From an uncultured bacterium (GTDB lineage Bacteria; Planctomycetota; UBA1135; GCA-002686595): DNA of 64,000 nucleotides. Location: the NCBI GenBank assembly GCA_943787795.1, contig CALSNU010000004.1:704001-768000 (forward strand). The letters run 5' to 3'. Of the stretch, positions 9,872 through 18,980 are shown piece after piece. The first letter of the stretch is position 1. Each line of letters opens with the position of its first letter. Position numbers and translations under genes: made by a program. The notes below the pieces were generated by a model that saw nothing but the letters and a program-made list of their open reading frames with translations, did not search any database and had not been told where the DNA came from.

Positions 9872-10606
9872 GCTCGACAGCTCATCGGACCGGGGGCCGC
9901 CGCAGCGCTTGCAGCGGCCGCCCCCGGTCTTTCAGTGCTCGTCGCTCACCTCCACAGCTGGATCCGGAGTCAGAGTGCGAACTTGCAGCCATGGCTGCGG
10001 AAGAGGGGAGCGCAGGCACCCTGCCCGGATCGAACCCCCGGCAGAGGAAGAGGCACCACGGCCTAGGGGGGCCCGCGGAGACCGACTCGGCCCTCCAGTT
10101 GGCGTCGCAAGCACCGTGGTGGGTCTCGTGGATCACGCCCACCCATCACCGTCCCCTCCCTGCGCCTCCAGGCCAACCTGCACCTTCACACCCGCCTCGC
10201 TCCAGCGGACTGACCGGGGAGCGTCCGTCTGACGTCCAGGGTCCGCCCCGGCGCCGCGAGCCCTGGGGACGCGCCACGCGCCCAGCAGCTGCTCGCCCGG
10301 CAGCCGCTCGCCCAAGCCTGCCCCAAGTTCCCCTTGGGCCCACCCTCTCTCCAGCGCGCGGATCGCCCCGTGGGCCAAAGCGTCAACGGCCCCGCCGACC
10401 AAAGGGGACTGAGCCATGGGCCCGGACTCAGGTCCGACCACAAGCACCGGACACCGACGAGGTTGCCGCTGCACGCGGGTGCGCCGTCAAAGAGGTCGAC
10501 CCCCACCGTGGCGGCGGGGGTCGTCGAACACCTGGCCTTCAAGGGCCCGTCCCGCTCGACGCGGGGGCCGCCGGTCCACGGCTCACCCGCTCGGGCAGGT
10601 CCTCGC

Positions 10607-11305
10607 TCAGTAGTCGACGTCGCTCTTCGAGGCGATCAGCACGACCTCGCTGAGCCCCGGGAGGCCGCCGACGGCGCTCGCGAGCTCCTGGGCGCTCCGC
10701 CCCTCCTTCAGGACGATGTCGAACGTCATCTGCAGCGTCTCGCCGTCGCCCGCGTGCTCGATGTGAAGCAGGCTTGAGCGCTTGGACATCAGGTTGATCT
10801 GTTCCAGGTGTTCCGTGCTCTCGCTGCTCTTGTCGAGTCGGAAACGCAGGATGAACTCACTCTTGTAGAGGGCGCCGAAGTTCGTCGCGTTCAGCACCAG
10901 CGCGAGAGCCGATACCACGCCCGTCCCGATGCCAGCGAGGACGAAGTTGCTCGTTCCGGCCGCCATCCCCACGGCAAGCGCGAGAAAGACATACGCAGTG
11001 TCCTTCGTGTCCTTGACCACCGTGCGGAACCGGATGATCGACAGCGCTCCGACAAGCGCGAAGGCCCGCGTCATACTGTTGCCGATGACCATCATCACGA
11101 TCGCGACGATCACTCCGACGAAGACGATCGTCAGCGTGAACGACTGCGAGTACGAGAGTCCCTTGTGCGTGTGGCGATAGAGGAGCGCCACAAACAAACC
11201 GAGGACGATCGCGACCGCGAGGTTCGTGACGATCTCGAACGGACCGTAGATGTCCGGTTGAGCGGAGGCAGCCTGTTGAGTGAGGGTCTCTTGGAGCGTG
11301 GGCAT
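10607..11305 (-). CDS. DUF4956 family membrane protein
   Basis: AFALVGALSIIRFRTVVKDTKD signature; several TM helices; small soluble C-terminal domain. Confidence 0.9.
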   Translation of the reverse strand: MPTLQETLTQQAASAQPDIYGPFEIVTNLAVAIVLGLFVALLYRHTHKGLSYSQSFTLTIVFVGVIVAIVMMVIGNSMTRAFALVGALSIIRFRTVVKDTKDTAYVFLALAVGMAAGTSNFVLAGIGTGVVSALALVLNATNFGALYKSEFILRFRLDKSSESTEHLEQINLMSKRSSLLHIEHAGDGETLQMTFDIVLKEGRSAQELASAVGGLPGLSEVVLIASKSDVDY

Positions 11306-11389
11306 CGGAGGGAGATGGAAGGAGCTTGTTGGGGGCGAGCGCCGTCATGACGCGGTTCGTGCTGGGCGCGATACGCGAGGGCGGCGAAT

Positions 11390-12172
11390 TCAGCCGTAGT
11401 CTTCGACCTGATCCAGCGCGTGCATGCAGGCGCAGAACTTCGAGATGGAGACGCGGCGTAGTTCGGTGGACTGGATCAGCCGGTGGAACCACTTGGGGAG
11501 GTGGAAGCGGAACTTCACCTCGAGGATGGTGTAGCCGGGGAGGACGGCACGCGAGCGAGCAGCGCTCCCAGGGAACAGTGAATCGGTGGCGACGCCCTGG
11601 AGCGAGTCGTCGAAGGTCATTCGAAACTCGGGGTCGTACTTGCTGACGTACGGGCGCCTGCGGTAATCGACGAGCGTGACGGGCTTGATCCGTCGACGGT
11701 GCAGGTCGAACTCGAACTGCTCCCGAATCGGGCCGGGCGCGAGTCGCGCCAGGAGGTCATGGGTCGTCGCGTTCGGAAAGGGCAGCCCATGGAGGCCGGA
11801 GCCGGTAGCCCTTGCCAGCGGCGTCCTGTGCTTGAACACGAGGTTGTTGTGCCGCCCCTTGATCTCGAGGAACTGGGGTGTCTCGGAGCGCGGGTCCTTC
11901 GTGTAGGTCCGCAGGCGGAACTTCTTCCGGTGCTTGAGCCCCTCCTCCTTCTCCCAGTAATGCGTCCGCTGGTCGTTGTCGAAGTAGAGGCTGCGCACGA
12001 AGTACTTCGAACCAGGCTGGCCGGCGACGAACGGATCCAGCTCCACGAAGTACTGGAACTGCGTCTCGAGTTCCTCCCGGAGGTCCCTGGGCAGGAGGTA
12101 CTTGAACTCGAAACGCGAGAAGTGGAGCTTCGTTTGTCCGGCCTGCTGGCCTGTCTCGGTTTGCGCGGGCAT
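11390..12172 (-). CDS. VTC-domain / triphosphate tunnel metalloenzyme (polyphosphate polymerase domain) protein
   Basis: RFEFKY (ExK), VRSLYFD, KFRLRTY, FLEIK, YRRRPY, RMTFD, ILEVKF, ISKF motifs. Confidence 0.9.
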   Translation of the reverse strand: MPAQTETGQQAGQTKLHFSRFEFKYLLPRDLREELETQFQYFVELDPFVAGQPGSKYFVRSLYFDNDQRTHYWEKEEGLKHRKKFRLRTYTKDPRSETPQFLEIKGRHNNLVFKHRTPLARATGSGLHGLPFPNATTHDLLARLAPGPIREQFEFDLHRRRIKPVTLVDYRRRPYVSKYDPEFRMTFDDSLQGVATDSLFPGSAARSRAVLPGYTILEVKFRFHLPKWFHRLIQSTELRRVSISKFCACMHALDQVEDYG

Positions 12173-12294
12173 CGTTCTTGTTCCTTGAGAGCGGCCTGGG
12201 CCTGCCCGAAGAGACTATCCGCCCCCTGGGCAGGGAGGGCGTCTCCGTCGTTGTCCTCGACAGATCGCAACTTCGAAATGGAGCTTCGATCGGT

Positions 12295-15204
12295 TCATTT
12301 TCGGGCACGCACGCCGCGGGCTCGCGGGTCCACCTCGGCCCAGAACGGGCGGAAGAACTCGAGCGCCGCCTGCTCCTCTTCTGGGAAGCGAAGGAGACCC
12401 CGATACTTCGCCGCCCGGCTCGGCCCCACATCACAGGTGGCGTCCAGCCGGACCCGCTTGGTCGATTCGACCCGTGGGCTCACGAGGCTATCGTGTACGA
12501 GGATCCGGGAGTGCTTGTCAGCGGTCAGCATCGAGCCGTTGCCCTTGATGACCGACTTGTAGACGTAGCCGAAGCCGCCGGAGTCGTACCGCCAATTCTT
12601 CTTGTAAGCGTCGATCCCCTGCCGGTTCCCGCTCACCTCGCAGTTGTAGACGACCGCCTGCGAGCGGTCCTTGATCTGCATTCCGATCTCGCAGTCCTTG
12701 ATCGCGCAGTTCAGGGCGAACGCACGCGTGTCTTCGCCAACTGACACGCCCTTGTCGATGCTCCCTTCGATCCAGCAATCGCGCATGACCACATTCGAGG
12801 TCATGAGGTCGAGGGCGTCGTTGCCCGAATCAAGGAACTTGCACCGCTCGAGCAGAGCATCGCTGATGTCCAGGTCCACCGCATCGAAGAGCGAGCGCGC
12901 GAACGTGCAGTCCGCAAAGCGGATCGTCCCGTAGACCACGTGCACCATGTCATCCACATGGACTCCGGCGTCCGAGCCCTCGAAGGAGCGGTCGGGCATC
13001 TCGCCGTTGAGGTTCTGACTGTCACGGAAGAGGCAGCTGCGGACGACCGCGTCGTCCACCTCGTGGACGGAGAACATCGCGCTGTACTCGGCGAGCGGGA
13101 CCTTGTAGCCGCTGCCGAGGCTCATCTCGCACCAGGCGAGCTCCGAGCCGTCGGCGCCGTGTCCGCGGATGGCGAACGAGCCCCAGGGGATCTGCCCCTC
13201 CTGCGCAGGCTCCACCCGGATAGGCGCCTCCTCCGTCCCGATCGCCGTCAGGCGCCCCTCAAAGATCAGAGACGCTCCGGGCGCCATCTTGAGGACGGTC
13301 CCGGGCGCGATCACGATGTCATCCTCGATCGTCTGGACACCCTCGAACTCGAGCTCGCCGCTCCACGCCTGTGGCACGCGCAGCGGTACCGCGCGGGCCA
13401 CCGAGGTGGCCTGCGCAAAGGCGATTGGCTCGATCCGGTCGAGGCGGCTGGCGCCGACCCGGACATCGCCCGCGTGGTACCCGGCGACACCGATCACGGA
13501 GTTGCCAGCGAAGCCATCCCCGCCGAGGGTCAGATCGTACGTCGCCGGCTGCACGTTGATGACGTTGCGGAGCCGTGTCGGCAGCTTGTCTTCCTCCACC
13601 CGGATGAACTGGGAGACCAGCGGAACATCGACCGTCACCCTGGACCCCTGCTGGATTACGGCGCCTGAGACGTCGATGCTCTGCACGCCACCGTCGAGGT
13701 CAGCCCACGCTAGACGAGCCGTCACCCGCCCGTCGGGGGGCGTCGCGAGCGCCAGCTCAAGACTCTCGAATGGCCGGCGCCCATCGACCCGAAGGCGCAG
13801 GGAGCCGGCCGCCCCCGCCGCGACCGCGTACTCGAGGATCGCAGGCGCACGGTAGGTGTCCGAGAGGTCGCGGGCGATACCCATGACATCGTCACGGAGC
13901 TTCGCCTGGGCCGCAAAGACCTCCCCTGGTGTCAGCATCTTCGCCACATAGCAGAGGCCCGGGTCCCGTTCGATGGAAGGGCGGATCTGCGCCAGCAGCT
14001 CATCGAGATACTCAACGAGCCGTCCATTGAGCCCGGTCTCGAAGAAGGCGTCCATCGCCCGCTGCCGTGCGACGATGAACGCGCTGTCCTCGAGGAGGAC
14101 CTCGTCAATCCGCGCCGTGACGATGTCCGCCACCGCCGGCCGGCCCGGGCGCGGGAGCCACCCGATGTGCCACCCCACCGGATCCCAGACCGCGGGTTCG
14201 AATCGGTTGCGCCAGGGATCGTAGTAGAGGCGCCAGTTGTGCGTCTCGCCGTAATGGAACGTCTGGCAAAGGGACCTGTATGCGGCGTACTTGCCGAACG
14301 CGTCCATGTCGAGGAGCTCATTCAGCGCGTCGGCGCGGTCAAGGGAGGGGGGCGCACCGAGGAGGTCGATCAGGCGGTCAAGCGCGGCGTCCTCCTCGAC
14401 GGCAAAGTGGTTGTTGATCGCCAGCTTCTCCCAGAGCCCCTTGTTCTCGAACACACGGTTCCCAATGCCGCGGAACGAGTTGCGCTTCACGATGTCGCCC
14501 GAGTACAGGTCCCCCGGCATGCGCCCGTGCGTCCGGATGGTCATCTCCTCCATCTGCTCAAAAGACTCATAGACGCCTCGGTAGCTGCCGTTGATGGTCA
14601 GCTCGACCATCTCGCTGCGGGGAGCGATCAGTCCCATCTCGCGCGCGAGGTAGTAGGAGAGGTGCCCCGAGACCTGATCCGGCATCTTCGGCGCATTGAG
14701 GTTGATGCCCCGAATACGCTCGAAGAGGCTCTTCTTCTTCGTCTTGATCCGCAGCGACTGCTTGCGACCCGCCCAGTGCCAGAAGTGGTCGCCCCGCATC
14801 TTCACCCGAACCTCGCGGAGCGACCCGTCTGGATAGACGAGCGCCGCCTCGACGTATTGCCGCCCAGAGTGCGGGAGATCCTCAAGGAGTGCGTCCTCCG
14901 CCGCCTCCGGGAGGAAGACGTTGAGCGAGCGGATCCCGTCCTCGGGGGTTCGCCTCCGCGGCCGCGCGGCCAGCTCGACATCACGCAGGATCATGCGTGC
15001 CTCGAGCGAACCGATCCTCTCAAGGTCAACGGACCCGTTCAGGCTCTCAAAACTACGACCATAGTCGACGTAGTGGTCGATCGTCCGAACGCACCAGAGC
15101 GCGAACGCTGCTCCGATCGGGACCGTCACCAGCAGGCTCCACCTCCAGACGAAAGAGAGCAGAGCGCGTACCGTCGCGCCGGTTGTCGTGTCGCGGTTCG
15201 TCAT
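12295..15204 (-). CDS. CotH-family kinase fused to a C-terminal right-handed beta-helix domain
   Basis: N-terminal TM; VKMRGD, SLRIK, INGSYRGVY, HNWRLYYDP, WDP; C-terminal DAVDLD/DALDLM/DKGVSVGE beta-helix repeats. Confidence 0.85.
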   Translation of the reverse strand: MTNRDTTTGATVRALLSFVWRWSLLVTVPIGAAFALWCVRTIDHYVDYGRSFESLNGSVDLERIGSLEARMILRDVELAARPRRRTPEDGIRSLNVFLPEAAEDALLEDLPHSGRQYVEAALVYPDGSLREVRVKMRGDHFWHWAGRKQSLRIKTKKKSLFERIRGINLNAPKMPDQVSGHLSYYLAREMGLIAPRSEMVELTINGSYRGVYESFEQMEEMTIRTHGRMPGDLYSGDIVKRNSFRGIGNRVFENKGLWEKLAINNHFAVEEDAALDRLIDLLGAPPSLDRADALNELLDMDAFGKYAAYRSLCQTFHYGETHNWRLYYDPWRNRFEPAVWDPVGWHIGWLPRPGRPAVADIVTARIDEVLLEDSAFIVARQRAMDAFFETGLNGRLVEYLDELLAQIRPSIERDPGLCYVAKMLTPGEVFAAQAKLRDDVMGIARDLSDTYRAPAILEYAVAAGAAGSLRLRVDGRRPFESLELALATPPDGRVTARLAWADLDGGVQSIDVSGAVIQQGSRVTVDVPLVSQFIRVEEDKLPTRLRNVINVQPATYDLTLGGDGFAGNSVIGVAGYHAGDVRVGASRLDRIEPIAFAQATSVARAVPLRVPQAWSGELEFEGVQTIEDDIVIAPGTVLKMAPGASLIFEGRLTAIGTEEAPIRVEPAQEGQIPWGSFAIRGHGADGSELAWCEMSLGSGYKVPLAEYSAMFSVHEVDDAVVRSCLFRDSQNLNGEMPDRSFEGSDAGVHVDDMVHVVYGTIRFADCTFARSLFDAVDLDISDALLERCKFLDSGNDALDLMTSNVVMRDCWIEGSIDKGVSVGEDTRAFALNCAIKDCEIGMQIKDRSQAVVYNCEVSGNRQGIDAYKKNWRYDSGGFGYVYKSVIKGNGSMLTADKHSRILVHDSLVSPRVESTKRVRLDATCDVGPSRAAKYRGLLRFPEEEQAALEFFRPFWAEVDPRARGVRARK

Positions 15205-15212
15205 GTCTTGGA

Positions 15213-16304
15213 TCAGCGAAGAGCTGCCTCGAGTCGCGTGACCATGGGCTCGCCAAACTCCGCGATGAGCGCCGATCGATCGGCGCCTTGCGCCGCGTCC
15301 CGCAGCAACTTCCGGGTCGCAACGTCGAGGCTTGTCCGGACCTGGGCGATGATCCGAACCTCTGTTACTGGCCGAGTTCGAGCGGCCTCAGGCACCTCGA
15401 GCACGAGGAAGGGATCGGCCCCGCCCCCATACCGCAGGCGATCACCGATGCGCTCGACGTTTGCCAACCGCGCGACCTCCCCCATGCCAAGCGTGGTGTC
15501 GCCTCCGTCGGCATGACTGAGTCGCACGTTGAGGTCTTCGAGGTCGAGATGTGCCCCAACGGGGAGGTCGAGCCGGACCTTCGACAGCGGCGTTGGTCCC
15601 GCCTCGACGGCGAGCGTCCAGCCCAAGGCCCCGGCGTCGCTGATGTCGAGCTTGGCGCGGGCTCTTTGCGGCGGCCCCTGTCCAGGAGAGAGGAAAGCCT
15701 CCCAGGTTCCGGGGCCGAGGCCGAGCGGGCCCCTCTCGCCGAGGCCCAGGATGACCTGGAGCGCGCGGTCGGCGTCCCCCGCACGCGTGAGCGCCTCGAG
15801 GTAAGGGCGCGCGATGCGCGGCGTGGTGCCCCCGATCCGCGCAGCACCTTCGAGGACGGCCAGCGCCTCCTGATGGCGGCCAAGGAGGCCGAGGAGTCTT
15901 GCTCGACGGAGCGCGTTCAGGAGATCCCGCTCGTCGTGGGCGAACAGCTCCTCGGCGTACGAAAGGGCGAGCTCGTTCCGGCCCTCCTCCGCGAGAAGGT
16001 CGGCGAGGAGCCCCAGGGCCTCGATCCGTGAGCGCTCGAGGCGATCGCCACGCTGGGCCGAGCGCAGCTCCGGGACACGGGCCTCCAGCGTCGCGATCGC
16101 GTCAGCGCGGCGACCGGCCGCGGCGAGATTCTTGGCGCGCTGGAGGTCTCGCTGCGCGTCATGGACGTATCGCCGCACGAGGTGGGTGTCCACTCGCTCG
16201 ACCAGCGACGGGTGTTGACTCCAGATGTATGCCGCCGCAGCGCAGGCCGCGCTTGCTGCGAGGAAGAGCGCCCTCACCACATCGAGGATCCTCCGCGTGC
16301 TCAT
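15213..16304 (-). CDS. membrane-anchored TPR protein
   Basis: N-terminal hydrophobic anchor; helical repeats GRRADAIATLE, GRNELALSYAE, GRHQEALAVLE, GDADRALQVI; overlaps upstream stop (ATGA). Confidence 0.75.
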   Translation of the reverse strand: MSTRRILDVVRALFLAASAACAAAAYIWSQHPSLVERVDTHLVRRYVHDAQRDLQRAKNLAAAGRRADAIATLEARVPELRSAQRGDRLERSRIEALGLLADLLAEEGRNELALSYAEELFAHDERDLLNALRRARLLGLLGRHQEALAVLEGAARIGGTTPRIARPYLEALTRAGDADRALQVILGLGERGPLGLGPGTWEAFLSPGQGPPQRARAKLDISDAGALGWTLAVEAGPTPLSKVRLDLPVGAHLDLEDLNVRLSHADGGDTTLGMGEVARLANVERIGDRLRYGGGADPFLVLEVPEAARTRPVTEVRIIAQVRTSLDVATRKLLRDAAQGADRSALIAEFGEPMVTRLEAALR

Positions 16305-17884
16305 CGGCCGGCCTCCGACGTGACGTTGGACGGGGTGGCAGAGTCAAGCGGGTCGGAAAAGAGCGCCAGCTCGAGCAGGTCTTCGATCATCTGATAATCC
16401 CCCGCGATGTGCGGCGACTCGATGCGCACCTCGAGCTCGTCGAGTGTCCACGGCTCACCGGTGATCGGGTTACGCGCTGGAAGAGCAACATCGAACGTCG
16501 CCGTCTCCTCGGGCGGCAACTGAACCGCCTGCTCTCGGAACATCCGGCCGGCGCCCGTGCGGGGATTCTCGGGGCGGGGACCCCAGCGGACGTACATGGC
16601 CACAGCCTTGTCGTGCGGGTTCCGAGCAGACACGCGCAGGCCGTGAAACGCGGTGCTCCTCAGGTCAATGCCCTGGATCTCAACTGCCCTTGGGATCTGG
16701 GGGTGCCCCTTCGCCATCGGGAGAAGGTCCCGCACCGTGACCTTTTCTCGTTTGCTTCGCAGCGTCCAGGCCCGGGCGGCCTTGCCCATGGCCGCATTCC
16801 GGAGTCGGACGACGACCTCATAGGGACGGACCTCGACGTCGTAGAAGTCAGCCGGCGGCCCGCCATTCGTCCCAGCAAAGAAGTAGTCGGCGCCCCGAAG
16901 ATCACCCTGGTGGCTGCCTGAGCCATCACCTCCAAAGATCGCGTCAACGCCCCCGTCAACGAGCGCGTCCGCGAGTTGATCGAACGAGCCATCGCGCGGT
17001 GGATTGGCGCCCCCGAGGAACGCAAGGCGGAACTCGGAGCGGCTGCCCCTCAACTCCCGCTCAATCCAGTCAACCTGTGCCGCGAGGTCGTCGCTGTCCA
17101 CTGAGTGGTAGGCCACCGAGAGGAAGTGGACGTTGCCGCGTACGAATGAGTAGTAAGCCCCTCGCTCGCTTGCGTAGTCATGGGGAAACAGACGCCGGAA
17201 GATCGAATAGTCCCACGCGTACTCAGCCGGAAAGCCACCGTCGTGATTGCCCGCGGCCGGATAGATCGGCAAGCGCCGAGAGAGCCTCGAGAACGGTCGA
17301 ATAAAGAGCTCTTCGAAGCTCTCTTCACTCGTGAAGTAGCAGAGATCGCCCGTACAGAGCACGAAGTCTGGCTCAACGTCAACGAGCGCCTGAGCGAGAG
17401 CAGCCGCCGGATAGGAATTCACGGGCGCAGACCCGCCGGGGTGCCCGAACACCGCGAAGCGTTGGGTGGCGCCAGGCCGCGGCGTCCGGACGTTACCGGA
17501 GTAGATCCCGCCGACCTCGTAGCGGTAGGTCGAGCCGGGCACCAGGCCTTCGAAGCGGATCCGGTGGTGCCGTGTGGCGGCCGCCTCGACCCCTTCCGCC
17601 ACCCCGTCCTCGCCGATGAGGCGCGCCTCTCCGATCGAGGCCGACGACGAGGTCCATGCGAGGGCCACTGCGGTCTCGCCGATGTCGACGACGTAGGGCG
17701 CGATGGAGACGTTGACCTCAGGGCCGAGTTCCCGGACGGCCTGACCCGTCTGCTCGTTGGGCAGCAACGCAGGCGGCTGCGACGGCGGCTCCTCCGCCCC
17801 GCTTGGACCGCAGCCGAGGGCCAGGCAGGCGAGGAGGGTTGGTCCCACAAGAAGATCGGGAGCAGCGAGGGCGATCAGGGGCAT
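16301..17884 (-). CDS. purple-acid-phosphatase-like metallophosphoesterase lipoprotein (FN3-like + calcineurin-like domains), partly degenerate
   Basis: Lipobox LALGC; HRIRFEGLVPGSTYRYEV; TGDLCY; AAGNHD; YYSFVRGNVHF. Confidence 0.8.
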   Translation of the reverse strand: MPLIALAAPDLLVGPTLLACLALGCGPSGAEEPPSQPPALLPNEQTGQAVRELGPEVNVSIAPYVVDIGETAVALAWTSSSASIGEARLIGEDGVAEGVEAAATRHHRIRFEGLVPGSTYRYEVGGIYSGNVRTPRPGATQRFAVFGHPGGSAPVNSYPAAALAQALVDVEPDFVLCTGDLCYFTSEESFEELFIRPFSRLSRRLPIYPAAGNHDGGFPAEYAWDYSIFRRLFPHDYASERGAYYSFVRGNVHFLSVAYHSVDSDDLAAQVDWIERELRGSRSEFRLAFLGGANPPRDGSFDQLADALVDGGVDAIFGGDGSGSHQGDLRGADYFFAGTNGGPPADFYDVEVRPYEVVVRLRNAAMGKAARAWTLRSKREKVTVRDLLPMAKGHPQIPRAVEIQGIDLRSTAFHGLRVSARNPHDKAVAMYVRWGPRPENPRTGAGRMFREQAVQLPPEETATFDVALPARNPITGEPWTLDELEVRIESPHIAGDYQMIEDLLELALFSDPLDSATPSNVTSEAGR

Positions 17885-18202
17885 CGTGAGGCGAGACAGA
17901 AGATCGAGGCGCGCATGAGCGAGGAGTCGGTGGGGGATAGAAGATACCCGCTTGCGCTACCCCAAGGCCTCGTGTTTTGGAGCCCTGGAACCTGAGCCCA
18001 ACCGCCCCGGGGGAGGTCGAGGCGCTTCGATGCGCCCCGGCACGAGACCCTCGCGCGGGGCGGCTACTCCTGGTCCCTGAGCGGCGAACATGAGTCTCGA
18101 AGAGAGAGCGCGCCCCTCGATCGGCCTCGATGATCTCCAGCCCGGTTCCGAGCCCCACCCCGGCAAGGCACCTTGGATCTCCTAGCCGTCCGCCAGTCCC
18201 TC

Positions 18203-18264
18203 CTGACCCCCTTCACCCCCAACGACCTCCTGCTCCGTCAAGGTGCAGCTTGGACCACTTGTCC
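18203..18264 (+). repeat. dispersed element copy 5 (diverged)
   Basis: CTGACCCCCTTCACCCCCAACGACCTCCTGCTCCGTCAAGGTGCAGCTTGGACCACTTGTCC. Confidence 0.8.
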
Positions 18265-18343
18265 TCGGAGGTCCTTGTCTGCGCACCGGCGACTCTGGCG
18301 GTAAGGAAGAAGACGGCGGATGGGGTGGGTCAAGGCCTCACGT

Positions 18344-18740
18344 TCAGCGGAGCTTGCGCCCGCAGGCGTCGAAGACCGGCGCGCCGCCGGTCATCAAGTG
18401 GTGGGCGGCGCCGCCGATCTCGAGGGTCTCGCCTCCCCGGCGCGCTTCGCCGTCCACGAACTGGAGGGTCCAGACGTCGCCGACGTGGAGATAGGCGGCC
18501 TTGCCGTTCGACGCCACGTTCTGGAGGGTCGCCGTGCCGTCGTAGATCGAGAGGTGCAGGTCGCCGCCCTTGGGCCGGATGCTCCGATCTGGACCGTTGC
18601 TCTCAGATTGTTGGGTCGACGCGCCTTCGTAGAGGACGCCTGGAGTCGTCTCAGGCGCCTTCTCTTGATTCGACGCGCAGGCCGGCGAGGTCCAGTGCCA
18701 GCGTCAGGCAGGGGGTCGTGGGGTGGAGCAGCAGGTTCGT
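18344..18740 (-). pseudogene. decayed small lipoprotein gene
   Basis: Open high-GC3 frame CASNQEKAPE...GGDLHLSIYDGTATLQNVASNGKAAYLHVGDVWTLQFVDG...KLR*; signal-like (ACG)NLLLHPTTPCLTLALDLAG is one base out of frame at the LAG/C lipobox; span is 3n+1. Confidence 0.55.
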
Positions 18741-18750
18741 GCTGTCGGGC

Positions 18751-18980
18751 GGATAGGCGGTCCAAGCTGCGACCTGGCGGAGGATCGGATCGTTGGGGGT
18801 GAAGGGGAACAGTCTTCACGGGCGATGAGCACCCAGGGAAGGGCTGCCAAGAGCCAGCTTGGTCAAGAATTGGGGACGTCTCCTGCATCCGCAAGGGGCT
18901 GAGCGGAAGGAGCCCGGTCGCTCGCCTAGGTACCGTTCCGTGGGGCCACGATGCTCAGCCGGCGCGCGCGGAAGGGGCGT
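18751..18980 (-). mobile_element. long copy 6 of the dispersed element (inverted); core at 18751-18812
   Basis: Reverse complement ends CTGTTCCCCTTCACCCCCAACGATCCGATCCTCCGCCAGGTCGCAGCTTGGACCGCCTATCC; colinear with 7725-7947. Confidence 0.75.
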
